A stretch of 63,581 bases of DNA, counting the filler, from Collodictyon triciliatum (Eukaryota): the NCBI GenBank assembly GCA_043381765.1. It is 4 parts of 4 records of this genome, joined end to end, with 100 filler letters (N's around TTAATTAATTAA, not from the genome) between each part and the next. Parts side by side here need not be neighbours in the genome. Positions count along the whole stretch, not along the records: positions 12,035 to 37,785 come from JBHJMP010000788.1; 3 more parts are not named here. The stretch is one strand, 5' to 3'. A model generated the notes under the pieces. It was not told where the DNA came from, searched no databases, and saw nothing but the letters and a program-made list of their open reading frames with translations. Below, piece after piece: positions 16,576-32,533 of the stretch. Both the position numbers and the translations under genes were made by a program. The first letter of the stretch is position 1. The number at the start of each line of letters is the position of its first letter.

Positions 16576-17229
16576 ACACGCTTCGTCGCCGCGACAACTC
16601 CGACTCAGGTTCCGCAGGGCACTGCCACCTTCACCCGTGGCCCGCGAACGAGTCCCTTCTCCTAAACCCTCCCACCCTACGCATGACCCGCTGTGTTTGT
16701 GTACAATAAAGACGAAGCACAACAGGTCTCTTTTCGAAACAGCAACGGCCATTGCCCTGAACCGAGTGGATAGCGAGCGTAGAGGCCGCGGGTTGCCGCT
16801 CTGTGGAGGCGAAATGTTGCGATACCTCGGACTCGGCAAACAAGGGCGCAGGGCTCCGTGAGGAAGCAGGCAGCTCCAGCAAGACGCCGCCATAGACTGT
16901 CTGCACGTTGCCGCTCCGGGATTTGCCTGGCGGCGGGGAGACTCTGCCGGTGGGGGTTTCGCGGGCTGTTTGTTGCGCTTCCTTTCAGATGAAAAAATTA
17001 TGCATCGGCTCCACGCACTCTTCTGGAAATCCGTCCACCAAAATAATTTCCCTTTTGTGGATTTTATAATAGCGCCCAAAGCGCCAATTTGATCAAATTT
17101 ACATAATTCACATGTACAGTCTCAGGAGGAAAGGTCACAAATTCTTTTCCGCTCCACACGTACCCTCCCCACGCACCCAGTAGACGGCCCAGCTGCTAGT
17201 CGACTAACATCGCTACCTGATACTACAGA

Positions 17230-18795
17230 ATGGTAAGACCCACCCCAACCACCCCACCCAGCAGATTATTGAAATAAGATCTATTTGCCGAAGCCTTATC
17301 CCTGCCTCTTCCTCCTTCCCTTCGTGGCCTATCGAGCTCAGCCCTAACAAATCCCAGTGGCCAGAAAAAAACCAGGGTTTTGTTGGAGAAATATCCGGCA
17401 ACTGCGCATATACTGCGTAGCCTTTAGCATACACTCTTCGAATCCCAGACCATAGACAAACCATTCAGTCAGACACGTCTTTACAATGATGTAAGACGGA
17501 GGATTCTTTAATAATTGAGGCATCCCTTTTAAAAATGTGCTATCGATAGCACCGCAGACACCAATTAATTTTGGGCATGGGCTCAGAATTGGCAAATTGT
17601 TAAATTTTACAGATCAGTACATTGCCCAACGTTGCATGAATTCCCAGCCCCCTAGCCTCTAGTCTAACGCGAGGGTTGAGTTATTACATCCTGGCGGGTG
17701 AAACGATCGGTTTTGCAGAAAGGTGTTCTCTATGTCCACCGGTTTACGATCAAGCATTCCAGCTATCATGGCAATATTGGGAGCCAAGGCAGGGCACAGC
17801 CAGATAGTCGTCACCGTACTCTGTCCCTGCAATACACAGCATTTTAGTCTCACATGACTCTAACCTAACCACGAACAACTACTCTGATAGGTTCGTGGCC
17901 CCCGCAAGCACTTGAAACGCCTCAATGCCCCCAGCTCATGGATGCTTGACAAGCTGAGCGGAACTTTCGCTCCCCGCCCCTCCTCTGGCCCCCACAAGCT
18001 CCGCGAGTCGCTTCCCCTCGTTGTCCTTCTCCGTAACCGCCTGAAGTACGCCCTTACCCGTCGTGAGGTCATCCAGATCGTCAAGCAGCGCCTCCTGAAG
18101 GTTGACGGAAAGGCCCGCACTGACGCCACCTACCCAGCTGGTTTCATGGATGTTATCTCCATTGAGAAGACCAACGAGAACTTCCGCCTCCTGTACGACA
18201 CCAAGGCCCGCTTTGCCCTCAAGAAGATCAACTCTGAGGAAGCCAAGGTTAGAGTCCACACCTCTCGAAATCCTATTGTTTCTACTCATACGTGGGCCGG
18301 AATATTGGGGATAAATACAGTTTGCCCGACACTCTTTCCGAAATTATTACCTCATGTACTATGTTCTTGTAGTTCAAGCTCTGCCGCGTGAAGAAGCTCC
18401 TTGTGGGACAGAAGGGTATCCCCTTCGTCGTTACCCACGACGGCCGCACCATCCGCTACCCCGACCCCCTCATCCGTGTCAACGACTCTGTCAAGGTTGA
18501 CCTCGCCAGCGGAAAGATCACCGACTTCGTGAAGTTTGAGACTGGAAACACCTGCATGATCACTGGCGGCCACAATATGGGTCGTGTTGGCGTTGTCACC
18601 AAGGTCGAGAAGCACGATGGTTCCTACACCATCGTCCACATCACCGACTCCACCGGCAACAAGTTCGCCACCCGTCTGAACAACGTCTTCATCCTCGGCA
18701 AGGGTAAGAGCTCCCTCGTCGCCCTGCCCTCCAACAATGGTATCCGCCTCTCCATCATTGAGGAGCGCGAGAAGAAGTTCGGAAAGGGAAACTAA
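17230..18795 (+). CDS. RPS4: 40S ribosomal protein S4 (eS4); introns 17233-17890 and 18248-18372
   Basis: [46 protein letters not shown]. Confidence 0.99.
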
Positions 18796-18876
18796 ATAAA
18801 CCCGTCCAATTCTCCTCTTGACTTGAGTTAACGTTTGCTGCCATTTCGGAGCCGTGGGGATGTTTAGTATATTCGT

Positions 18877-21300
18877 TTATGAGCCAGCAGTTGCCTTGGA
18901 GTGGCCAGTGGCAGGTTCAGTCAGGATGCTGCGGAGTCGCTCCTGCTTTTCCACACCGAATCCGATGTGCGTCAGGTAGTCCGAGACGCTTCCGTATTGT
19001 TGATGTAGGAACTGCAGGGTGGCCTGGATGTTCTATGGGAAGACGCCAGTGTGAGGGTGTGATTACATGTGCATGTGTATGGTTTGGTATGTGGAGGAAA
19101 CACGCGCACCTCCGGATGAGCCGAGAGAAAGACCTTCTGGAAGTGGTCCCTGTCCATGCCTGGGGGTGTGCGGTTGCCCATGTCGTCGCGCGGAAGAGGA
19201 TGATGAGCAGATAAGACATAGTCGTCTGTGATGTCGGGCTGGCTGACACCCATACACCCGAGGATGAGCGCTGGGACGCCGATTTATGAGTGTTTGTTGC
19301 CACTTCATCCGAATATTCTGTGGCAGCGGGGGTGTGGTATACCTGCAATTACTCCTGTTCGATCCTTCCCGTGTGTGCAGTGAAACATAATCTTCATATT
19401 CGCGGAGAAGCCAGTGCAATATGAGGATGGAAAGTCATAATCGCGTGTAAGTATTCAATTAAAGGGCGATTGAGATATTTAATTGATATCATAATTCGAC
19501 GTAAATAATAATAATAATAATAATAATAAATAGGAAAAGAAACTGGGATGCGCTACTATACAGGATAATTGGATTCTTCGGTAAAGATATCCAGGCACTG
19601 CGCCCAATGATGATTGGTTTGTTTTGTATATATTAAACATATTAGTCAGAAAGGCATCACTGTTCCTATAGAAAAGGTAAATAATTTTTCCTGAGACAAA
19701 ACAACAATAACAAAAAAAAAAACAAAAAAAAAACCCAAACACATAAAGTTTAGTGTGATTAGGATGGTGGCTGTATAATATGATTTCGTTAGAGACTGTT
19801 TTTTCTTTTCCCTTTAAACTTAGCTTTAAGGTTTAAAATTCACTCACCCGGGCAATTTGAGGCTGCGCATAGTTAAGGAGTCGGTTGTAAAATTCTGTCA
19901 GATTCCAGTGGTTCATGGTACTTTTCACCAGAAGATGAGCGGCGTTCTCTTTCTTACCCACGAGCAGCCAGGCCAGAAAGCGAATCTGGACTGCGTACGG
20001 AGCGAGGCTGACTATGCCCTTTCGCAAAAATTCGTTGTCGGCAATCGACACCGGAAAATACTTTCTGCTTTGGGGGTTGGGAAGGGCCAGCTTGCTGGTT
20101 GGTTCTATGAATAGTGCAAAAAGAGCTGTCATCATGATGCTGGTAGTGCATGTACTAAAGTCACCATGACGCTTATGTTGGCTGCATATGATATCCAATT
20201 CGAAAACAGATATGCTTCTTTCTTTTTTTTTTGATATAGGGAAGTTTTATATGTAATTGGAATTATATTGCAGTACCAATTATGATATGCATATAGTCTT
20301 AATCGAATTATCTTGGTTAATGCCTTTTTGAACTTCGCCCTTGTGATTACCATTTTTTTCTTGTTGGAGCCTCAAAACGAGAAAGTATATAAAAATGGCA
20401 GGAATTAAGCCAATAAGTCCAAGAGACGGCTTCTGAGCAATGTCTCGACGCTGTACAAAAGCAGAGGCAAGAAACATTATTGTGGCAGTCCCAAGGGGGA
20501 GCTTCTGAGTCCTCAGCCCTACCTATATATAATAAGAGATACACTCTCAATTAGCTGGAATACAGCTTATAGATTGGCCCAAAAAACTGCACAAAATTGA
20601 AAGGAAGAATAAAAAAATAGAATGGCCCAAAATGATTTCCTATACCAATATGACAATGGAGAAAAATCATACATGTTTTATTTTGATTGCCATGAGGAAA
20701 ATAAAAATCAATTAAATCTTTTCTAAAATTGTTGAGAATAGTCCTTGCTTATTTGCAAGTTCAACTTTCAATAGATACCCGCTTTCCCCCAGAAAATGAG
20801 AAATGCGACAACAAGAATGAGTTGACGTCGCGTTTTTGTTCATCAGTTGTCCGGAGGTCAACCTGAAAGGAGAAGAGTAAACCAATATAGTGTGCTAATC
20901 AATGCATATGAAAAAGAAAAAGAAAAAAGAACGTCAAATTAGAATATTTCGCTAGAAAGCTCACGATGGAATTGATCCCCAGGGTGTAAAGAAGATAGTT
21001 TGTGTCTTGCTCTGAAGCAAACACTGGTCGGCTGCTTCGGAAAAGTAGACCGCGCCGAATCTGGGACGTTACGTGCCCACTGCGTGTGTAATTATTTTTT
21101 TTTTTAAAAAAAGCATACAATGAAAGGAATTAGTGGGATGTCTTTGTGAGTTTACATGAGCGCGGGAAACGGAGTAAGCTGTGCAAAAGTGAGGTATACT
21201 GAGAGTCACGGATAGGAAGGCCTCCAAGATCGCGGCAGTTCTGGACTGTATCGAGGGAAACGTGGCGCGGGGCTGGACTTTGGGCTTGTGGAGAGGCCAT
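18877..21300 (-). CDS. Protein-tyrosine/lipid phosphatase, Y_phosphatase3 (MptpB/IphP-like) family; 8 exons
   Basis: NCRDLGG..IRRGLLFRSS..LGINSIVDLRT..YPIMFHCTHGKDRTGVIAALILGCMGV..DDYVLS..YGSVSDYL. Confidence 0.88.
20569..20632 (+). mobile_element. Family-1 short A-tailed insertion, 16-bp TSD (1 mismatch)
   Basis: ATAGA(T/A)TGGCCCAAAA flanks AACTGCACAAAATTGAAAGGAAGAATAAAAAA. Confidence 0.65.
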
Positions 21301-21528
21301 CTCTGAAACACGCCTTCTTTTCGGTGTGCTTGCTCGAGCGGGTCTTCAACCTGCCTCGTTCAAACGAAAGGTCGACTCAGGCGGTGGGTTGCGGCCGTCA
21401 CCATAGTTTCTGACAGATTCACTTACGTTTTGGGTCTGTGCTGCGGATTTGTCATGTATTTCGCAGAGGGCTTAATTTTATTTCTCATCGAGCGAAGACC
21501 CAGCCGCGGATATGAGTAGACAGAATGT

Positions 21529-26403
<4,875 letters not shown>

Positions 26404-26584
26404 CGCCTATTGCACAGAACGCAGCACAGGGGTGAGCGCGAGGGAGTCGGAAGGAAGCGAAGGAGAGAAAGGAAGGAGAGAGAGGAAGGACACCAAAAGT
26501 CTGCACGGATGCAAAAATTGGATCTGTGTGGAGTTTATTTGTCGGTGGCGGGCAACAGAAACACGCAAGGACACAACCAGCAGG

Positions 26585-29500
26585 TCATTCAGGCGGAAAC
26601 GCTCTCCATTCATCCCTCATGAGCCTTGCAAGCTCGGCCGAATCTTCGCAATCCCTCACAGACACAAGCGCAAAGCACCGCGGTGATATATCCGCCTCGA
26701 AAACGCGGAGCAGCCACGAATATGCAAAGCCTGACTCTCGCAGATAAAGCAATCTATCTAGTTGCAGAACAGCTTCAAGGACCGGTGCGAACAGACATCG
26801 AAGAGAATCTACGGCGATGATCTATTCCCTGTGTTAGTGAATGCCCCAAGAATGTAGGGACTCAGAAACTTGCCTCTTTCACACCATCAGGGTACCACAC
26901 TCGGAAATCATCCATTACAGCTGCGGTTTGGCCGTCATCAGACTCCAGCCCCTGCGCAAGATACCGGGAGGCTAGCGGCATGGGAGTTTAAATGGGAGAG
27001 TGAAGTTGTTAGTCACAGGGCATGGTATCTTCGCTGTTTATGTTGCAAAAAAAAAAAAAGAAGAAAAAATAACGAACAGGATACAACACCATTAGGAGAA
27101 CATCTCCCATACAAACACATTATTTAGGGCATGTGTACCCACGGTGAGAGCTGGATAGTACAATCATAGTATAAACCAGAGGTAAACCAAGGGCATAAAA
27201 AACCAGGCATACAGCTTTTACGACTTCAATTAATAGAAGCGGAAAAAAAAAGCTTCATACATAGTTTTGTCATTAATATTCGTTTCATTTGAGACGAGAC
27301 ATTGGAAACATAATCAATTCTCGTAGGAAAATAGAAACGTTGTAAAAAAAAATCATCAAACAAGACATCAAGAAAAGAGAGAAAGAAATAAAACACACAC
27401 ATATATGTTTTATAATATACAATTATAAGAGGTCTTTCTAGAGATGGAAAATACCATTGTCAAGAACCTCACTCGAGATGTCATGAACGTACTGCATATT
27501 ATAATATCTTATTTTGGTACATATTCTATTACTTTTTGAGAAATAACATTCACCAGGGGTGTTTTTTTTTTTTAAAAAAAAAAACACAGGAAATACAAAC
27601 TCCAGTAGTTACAGGCTGACCATTCCCATATTTAAGGGAATTGTAGAGTAAATAAAATAGATGAATGGATTAAATATAGCTACGGCTGGATCTGGCGATT
27701 GATATATAAAATTGAGTCCGTCGCGGATGAAACGTTGTTCGATATCAGCGGTCATAGCCCATCTTTGAACGTTCTAAGATATAGCACACCGAGCCATTTT
27801 TTATCATTTAAAATTATTGGTAAATAATATATCCAACATATTTTCTTTACATACCATCCAATTAGACGGCGAGAAAAATGTATGAAATATTATTGGCTTG
27901 GGGGGCATACCCTACAGGCGACCATTCTAGCATTGTAATCCATGGTAACTTCTCTGGAGCTCAGCATGCTACTCATTGGAAACCCAAGAGTTTCATCGTC
28001 TGTTTCTCCTTTCCCAAAAATTGTTATATACTCATCATTATCAAAGTGTAACATATTATCAAAATAAATCGAATAAGTAAAATGACTGGTTTATCAGGAA
28101 AACATCAGTTTTAGAGGAAGCTACTTCGGCAACAGTTTTGAGGAGGGATACATGAATGTAAATAACACAAAAGGAGAGGAGAGTTTATATACTCATCCAC
28201 TCGGTCAACGATGGTATCGCAAACATGTCAGGAAATGCTTACCTTTGCAACTTAGCAGATTATAACAACAGCCAACAGACACAACTGCATTTATTTCATG
28301 AATCTGATGAATTATTTCAGTGAAGAATATTGATTAACTTGGGAAGTATAAGGGATTATTATCGGTTGTATTAAGCAACCTTGAATTGAATAAAGGGAAA
28401 AATATATTTTATAGAGTTCTGTAACGATAACACCCGACAAAGGCAAAGAGTGAAAACATACGGAGCAACCAAAACCATAGGTGATCCAATAAAAATCCAA
28501 TAAAAATCCAATAAAAATCCAATAAAAATCCAATAAAAATCCAATAAAAATCCAATAAAAATCCAATAAAAATCCAATAAAAATCCAATAAAAATCCAAT
28601 AAAATATACATTTGCCCCAGTCGATGGGGCTATTGATGAGTACATTCGAAGAATTGTCGGAGATAAGTCACCGCATGCATGAAGCCCCAGTAATACAACG
28701 CTAGAATCTTTCCAAAGGAAAATTGATTCAAAAAATCACTGGGGGATTAGATAAAATTGATGAGGAGCACGGATGCATGTATTTAACTACCTCTATTACA
28801 AATTTTGCATGTATCTAGAAATCCATGTGGACCCATTTCAAAGTTCAGGGGAGGCGTTGTGTGAAATTCGTGTCTTGCTTCGCTGCCTACCAACGACATT
28901 ATGTATTTTTGTTTTGTTTTGTTTAGTTTAGTTTAGTTTTTTGTTTTTTTTAAAAAAAGGGGTTCTTAGAGGTCTGAATGGTGTTGGATCTATCTTGTGC
29001 GTTATGAGGGATTATTATCTATCATTGAGTAAATTGTATGAATTGCTCTTTGAAATTCCCGAATGACCTCACGAAATCATCAGGAAATATTATTTAAATA
29101 TTGCCTCTTTTCTTCCTGGCTTGTGCATTCACTCTGATTTCTCCCACTTTTTGTGACAGTTTAATTGCACCACTTATATTTCCAGCATCTGAATCAACTC
29201 CAACAGTACCGATTCCATGGTGAAATGATAACGCACGGCACAGATGTCCCTATTTATATAACATGTATCATGTTGGCTGTCGTCTTTGATGGTTTGTAGT
29301 ATTTGATTCAAATATATTGGATCTGCTCCTGGAGTATATCTCAAAAAGGAAAAATCAATCAACCAAAATTCTAATTAATAAAAAAGAATAAAAATTACTT
29401 TTCCGCATCCAATATCCAGAACTATATTGGCATTTGACAATGAATACACTTGATTTATCAATCTGGATAGTACACAAATCTAATGCGAAAGAATGATGCA

Positions 29501-29740
29501 TTCCCAAAATGAAAAAGAGCGATAATATATTTGAGTTTCCCCCCGCGATTATAGTTGGTATATGTATCAAATTTTGAAGAAAGGTAACTTCATATTTTTT
29601 CTTCGTTGTCACTTGGTTCAAGGAAGGATGCATGGTTTCTGATTTCACGATGGCTTTCAAGTAACTTGTATCACCTCCTTCAAATGAACATCTGTCATAA
29701 AGCACCAACATGAAATTATAAACTAAACTAAACTAAGCTA

Positions 29741-29839
<99 letters not shown>

Positions 29840-30652
29840 TTTTGTTGCTTTTCCATTCCATTCATTTAAAATGAAATACAATAATATGTAAAATATTTGA
29901 CATGTTTCTTTTATTCATCCTAGAGAACCTTTGCGCATTCATGACAAAATGCCTAAAGTCAGGAGGGAAAGTTTCCTGCAAATATTTTCAAATTACGATA
30001 CATCATTATATCGCTATAGTGTTTTGTATAAGAATAGTCCTTCCTCCATCACATAATTAAGTGTGTAAAACGCTTCCATTGTTTTCCTTATTTTGAGGCA
30101 TTGTGCATTTTCCTCTCATATGAGTACGAAAGATTACCTTCGGGGCAGATGATGGAATTTGCACCAACTCACGTGTAGAGCAATCAAGTAGACACTGTAG
30201 ATTTATTTGTGATTTCATTTTCATTTAAAAAGATTCATATGATTACATATAAATATATATTTAGTGATTTATAATGATATCATGGTCTGTTGCAACGTGC
30301 GGGTTGTATTTCAAATAAAGGGAAAACCTCTCGCCATTCCTTTGGGAGGCCCATCCAAACCTGCAACCATTTATGTATTGGTAAACAGAGGAGCACAAGG
30401 AAAGGCATTATGCCTCCGCGAGAAAGTGAAAACAGTTGAGGGCTTCGTTGGACTCACAGCATGAAGGCCAGTCTTTGTATTGGCAGCGTCTTTGGCCATG
30501 CGCCTCCAGGCAAGGAGTGGGCCGAGCGTCTCGCTTTGGTGTACCGAAGCCAGAAACGCGAGCCGCTCTTCCAAGGCTCTTTCAATAGCGCTGTTCTGGC
30601 TCATCCCAAAGTCTGGCTTGCCTGCAGAGAGTAATACGGGTGAGCCTTTCAT
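26585..30652 (-). CDS. METTL25 / RRNAD1 (METTL25B)-family methyltransferase; about 14 exons
   Basis: LPKEW, KKYEI, VLDIGCGKGHLCRAL, GLHACGDL, SVGCCY, GFPMS, APVLEAVLQLDRLLYL, ISPRCFAL. Some internal exons are tentative. Confidence 0.85.
28486..28604. repeat. 11-bp tandem repeat (CCAATAAAAAT)n, intronic
   Basis: About 11 perfect units read directly from the sequence. Confidence 0.9.
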
Positions 30653-30687
30653 GCTGAAGTGAGACAGGCAAGCATACTGCCGGTTTT

Positions 30688-30930
30688 TGTTGTTTGTGAA
30701 TTGTTGTTTGTGAATTGTTGTTTGTGAATTGTTGTTTGTGAATTGTTGTTTGTGAATTGTTGTTTATGAATTGTTGTTTATGAATTGTTGTTTGTGAATT
30801 GTTGTTTGTTAATTGTTGTTCGTTAATTATTGTTTGTGAATTGTTGTTTGTGAATTGTTGTTTGTGAATTGTTGTTTGTGAATTGTTGTTTGTGAATTGT
30901 TGTTTGTGAATTGTTGTTTGTGAATTGTTG
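30688..30930. repeat. 14-bp minisatellite (TTGTTGTTTGTGAA)n between the LYR gene and the methyltransferase start
   Basis: About 17 near-perfect units. Confidence 0.9.
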
Positions 30931-31048
30931 CTTGTTCAAGCGCACAGCGCGAAGGGCAGGTGGACAAGTCATTTGGCTGCGTTGTAGAAGGCAGTTCGGG
31001 GGACGTGGCGTTTATCAGGATTTATTGCAAGTCGAAAAGCTGAGCGGA

Positions 31049-31485
31049 TCACGAGGGCTTCTGGGGTGTTTGCTGGGGCGTGTGAGTCTTGCGGGTCAGC
31101 AAGGAGAAGATCTCAGGATCGCCGTGGGTGACGGTCTGCAGGACCTGCGCGGGGGTTTGCAAGGGTGAGGAGGCAAAGAAGGTAGGTAAAGAAGACGGAT
31201 TGGCAAAGAAGACTTGACAGGCAAAAAGACGAACGGGCAAAGAAGACAGACAGGCAAAGAAGTCTGGACAGCAAGAGTCTGGCGCACCTGAAGGGCATCG
31301 GCGCCTGCAGACCGCAGCCAGACGCAGCGCTCGGGCTCAGACTCGTGGCGGTAGAGCGCAAAGAGCTCGCGGATGTTTGCCCGCGTTTTCCTGCGCACAG
31401 GCAGCAGAGGGAGGTGCTGGGACGCGCGGAGAAGCTGCCTGTAGAGTGCAAGCGTCTCGCTGCGCCAACCCAGAGGCAGTCCCAT
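31049..31485 (-). CDS. LYR-motif (Complex1_LYR) small mitochondrial protein; 2 exons
   Basis: ETLALYRQLLRASQHL..RANIRELF. Phase-0 GT-AG intron joins to VLQTVTHGDPEIFSLL. Confidence 0.75.
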
Positions 31486-31615
31486 CGAGTCGGGGGCTCT
31501 TTGCCGGTCTCCCTTGTCCGCTCGGGCCCCTTGCTTTTGCTTTTGTTGTTTCTTTTTTTTGTTTTTTTTTGTTTGTTTTTTTTGTTTGTTTTTTTTTGTT
31601 TGTTTTTTTTTGTTT

Positions 31616-31659
<44 letters not shown>

Positions 31660-32533
31660 NNNNNNNNNNNNNNNNNNNNNNNNNNNNNNNNNNNNNNNNN
31701 NNNNNNNNNNNNNNNNNNNNNNNNNNNNNNNNNNNNNNNNNNNNNNNNNNNNNNNNNNNNNNNNNNNNNNNNNNNNNNNNNNNNNNNNNNNNNNNNNNNN
31801 NNNNNNNNNNNNNNNNNNNNNNNNNNNNNNNNNNNNNNNNNNNNNNNNNNNNNNNNNNNNNNNNNNNNNNNNNNNNNNNNNNNNNNNNNNNNNNNNNNNN
31901 NNNNNNNNNNNNNNNNNNNNNNNNNNNNNNNNNNNNNNNNNNNNNNNNNNNNNNNNNNNNNNNNNNNNNNNNNNNNNNNNNNNNNNNNNNNNNNNNNNNN
32001 NNNNNNNNNNNNNNNNNNNNNNNNNNNNNNNNNNNNNNNNNNNNNNNNNNNNNNNNNNNNNNNNNNNNNNNNNNNNNNNNNNNNNNNNNNNNTTTTGTTT
32101 TTTGTTTTTTTTGTTTTTTTGTTTTTTGTTTTTTGTTTTTTGTTTTTGTTTGTTTGTTTGTTTGTTTTTGTTACAAAGGTGCTCGGGCATATTTTTTGTC
32201 GGGCAACAACCCACGCAACCGCCGCAGATCCGCGTCTGACTGACCCGGAAAACCCATTTTGCAAACGTTTGCCACGGCAACGCGCTCCGCAACCATTGCT
32301 GTGCGCTGCTTTGTTCCGCGACAGAGTCCGAAAGACTCGGAGCCGAACGCACGTCTTTGCCGCGGTGTTTGGGGATGGATTTGTGTCCGCATCAGCGTCT
32401 CTTTCTATGCTCAGCTTTCTCAACAGAACATTCACTCCAGGTTTTGCTGGTGCGGCGTCGGGAAAGGCTTCGGTTTGCGCTTTGTGATCGGCACGTGTTC
32501 TTTGAGTTTTGTCTGCAAAGTTGACCCTTTTCA

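Noticed and set aside
19199-19246. ATGATGA...CTGA resembling a C/D snoRNA
   Set aside because: Too short, and it is the antisense of a phosphatase coding exon.
28024-28197. 13-bp direct repeat TTATATACTCATC, 161 bp apart
   Set aside because: No A tail, terminal repeats or family similarity in the enclosed sequence; may be chance.
28424-28452. FAFVGCY peptide resembling the METTL25 VGCCY motif
   Set aside because: It is intronic; the true SVGCCYNLL motif is in the next exon near 28260-28303.
30688-30930. Regular repeats as a possible CRISPR array; tRNA or rRNA genes anywhere in the window
   Set aside because: The repeats have no spacers and the context is eukaryotic. I recognised no tRNA cloverleaf or rRNA sequence.
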